IMG/VR virus record: IMGVR_UViG_3300017909_004502
Span: 1 to 62,154 of that record
Direction: 5' to 3' (one strand)
Length of the DNA: 62,154 nt
Source of the DNA: a virus
Taxonomy: Duplodnaviria; Caudoviricetes
The position numbers and the translations under genes were made by a program. This document shows, piece after piece, positions 60,602 through 62,154 of the stretch (the stretch's first letter is position 1; every line of letters starts with the position of its first letter). Below the pieces are notes generated by a model. It did no database searches. It was not told where the DNA came from and saw nothing but the letters and a program-made list of their open reading frames with translations.

Positions 60602-61369
60602 ATGCAGTTGATGTTTGATCACACATTTGGCAAGCAGGAAAATCAAGATTTGGTGGTGTCACGACCGCTGTGCATATTCGAACCGGACGAGGAACAGGGC
60701 GCCATAGAACACGGTTGGCTGGCACTGGACGAACCGGTGCACGGACATGAAGTGTTCTACCAATCCCGCAGTACACGGATAAACCTACGCAACTTCCGAC
60801 CCAGATTCCGAGAACACACCCTGGATGGCGAGCCCGTACGGCACAAGACCGTGGAGGCGTCGGAAATGGTGAAACTGTTGGGTCTGCCCTCGATCTACCA
60901 ACGCTACATGAAGCGGAAAAAATTTGGCGCGGACTACACGCCGTTCCGTCACTATCACAAGCGTGATCGATTCATGGTATTCTACACCGGAAGTGCGGAT
61001 CACATAGTGGGATTCACCAAGCAGAAGTTCTACCGCGAGGAGGACAACCAATACGCCACCATAGACGATTACATGATACATCATCCCGGAGTCGAGAGTT
61101 GCATACACGCCAACATCGCACCCATAGGCGCACTCACGCTGGATCTTGAACTGAAGTGGGCCAAGGAACAGGGCATACCGTTCTACTACCTGGGCAGTGG
61201 CTACGAACAGAGCTCGGAGTACAAGTCGTCATGGCAGGGATTTGAATGGTGGACCGGCATCGAGTGGAGCACCAACAAGAAACTGTATCGTAGATTGTGT
61301 AAGCGAGACAGTCGCCTTACTGCTTTTTCCCAGCTCGGAAACCTTTCACTGATTCCAGATAAGAGCTAG
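60602..61369 (+). CDS. Arginyl/leucyl-tRNA-protein transferase-like (ATE/Bpt-like) protein
   Basis: N-terminal GW..RSTRI; C-terminal G.L....E..WAK..G..FYYLG.GY....YK.....E. Confidence 0.6.
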   Translation: MQLMFDHTFGKQENQDLVVSRPLCIFEPDEEQGAIEHGWLALDEPVHGHEVFYQSRSTRINLRNFRPRFREHTLDGEPVRHKTVEASEMVKLLGLPSIYQRYMKRKKFGADYTPFRHYHKRDRFMVFYTGSADHIVGFTKQKFYREEDNQYATIDDYMIHHPGVESCIHANIAPIGALTLDLELKWAKEQGIPFYYLGSGYEQSSEYKSSWQGFEWWTGIEWSTNKKLYRRLCKRDSRLTAFSQLGNLSLIPDKS

Positions 61370-61835
61370 ACCAATTGCGGTAGTAAGGACCGGCCTCTAA
61401 TATTTTCGAGAATTTATTAAGTTTGCTGAGCCGCTGTGCCAGGAACAGCGTGTATTCACCGTTGTTGAGTTTGACCTGTTGCACGTGTTCTGCTATCTCG
61501 GGATGGTCCTCCAGCACCACGATGTCCCTCTGCATGAAATAACCGTTGAGATCCTCCGCCAGTCGCTCGGTCTCTGTGGCCGTGAACTGATCGGGTTCCG
61601 CTATCATGCACAACACATCCACCTCATCAAAGTCGGTGTCCAGTATGTGTTGATAGAGTGTGGGATATCCGGCCACGCCGTCCAGTTCCAGGAACCGAAC
61701 CTTGTCGTCGATCATGGCCTTCTGTGCGAACGGGCACGGAGGCAGGTTACCAAAAACCGGGTTGGGTCGAGTAACAAACTCGCTAATCCAGGTCTTGATC
61801 TTTTCCGTCGGTGTCTGTTTCTGTTGTTGAGTCAT
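61317..61835 (-). CDS. Hypothetical protein, DUF1415-like
   Basis: W...FV...N.PPCPFA, DHP and L.QR motifs. Confidence 0.55.
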   Translation of the reverse strand: MTQQQKQTPTEKIKTWISEFVTRPNPVFGNLPPCPFAQKAMIDDKVRFLELDGVAGYPTLYQHILDTDFDEVDVLCMIAEPDQFTATETERLAEDLNGYFMQRDIVVLEDHPEIAEHVQQVKLNNGEYTLFLAQRLSKLNKFSKILEAGPYYRNWSSSYLESVKGFRAGKKQ

Positions 61836-62100
61836 CCGTCAGTGACTTGATCCTTTCCAGTGCTTCGTCCAGCAGTTTTTCCTTGGTGTGCAGTTTGGCC
61901 TCCAGGTCCGCTATCTGTTTGTTCTGCTCACCTATCTTGTGTCCGATGCTCTGCACGTCTGATGTGGCGTGCTCCAACTTGATCATCACCTGCTTGAGTC
62001 GGCTTTCTTTGGTGAGGACCTTGGCCAAGGCATCATCACGGTCCTTTGTTAAGTCCTTGATTGTTTCCTTGAGTTCTCGAACTAGATCTCGTTCTGACAT
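61783..62100 (-). CDS. Coiled-coil hypothetical protein
   Basis: Heptad-rich 105 aa; AGGA RBS and TATAAT upstream. Confidence 0.7.
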   Translation of the reverse strand: MSERDLVRELKETIKDLTKDRDDALAKVLTKESRLKQVMIKLEHATSDVQSIGHKIGEQNKQIADLEAKLHTKEKLLDEALERIKSLTDDSTTETDTDGKDQDLD

Positions 62101-62154
62101 AATGTCCTGTAATTATCTGCTGTTTCAAACACCATTATAGTATACTATATTTTA

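Noticed and set aside
60201-60776. Minus-strand ORFs 60201-60416 and 60471-60776
   Set aside because: Atypical composition and no RBS; they overlap the structured element and the ATE-like gene.
1-62154. Genome-wide TAG recoding
   Set aside because: TAG ends genes at natural boundaries (3420, 10993, 53259), and the long genes are intact under the standard code.

Overview
This is a fragment of a large T4-related (jumbo-type) myovirus genome. It is densely coding, and I saw no tRNA, rRNA, CRISPR array or integrase. From left to right it contains: (1) the end of a MoxR AAA ATPase, a HEXXH/VWA partner and small early genes on the + strand; (2) an 18 kb minus-strand tailoring cluster at 3713-22033, with five tandem twitch-type radical SAM enzymes, four glycosyltransferase-like genes, an amino-sugar pathway, a carbamoyltransferase, two SGNH-like proteins, a 2OG-Fe(II) hydroxylase and an MBD4-like glycosylase; (3) a 32 kb minus-strand tail/baseplate module, with paralogous fibres, a Gly-rich Hint-domain protein followed by hydroxylase, SDR and GNAT genes, a 4291-aa virion protein and gp6-, gp25-, gp5-, gp27-, gp53- and gp48/54-like genes; (4) a gp55-like late sigma factor, gp47 and gp46; (5) an Hc1-like gene broken by a TAG, a GIY-YIG nuclease, an unexplained ~420-nt highly structured non-coding element and an arginyl-tRNA-protein transferase-like gene. 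The best candidates for new biology are a virion glycosylation/tailoring system with a possible D-G-S-[S/T] target motif, the structured RNA beside the GIY-YIG gene, and the Hint-domain tail protein cassette. All family calls come from recognising motifs by eye, with no database search.
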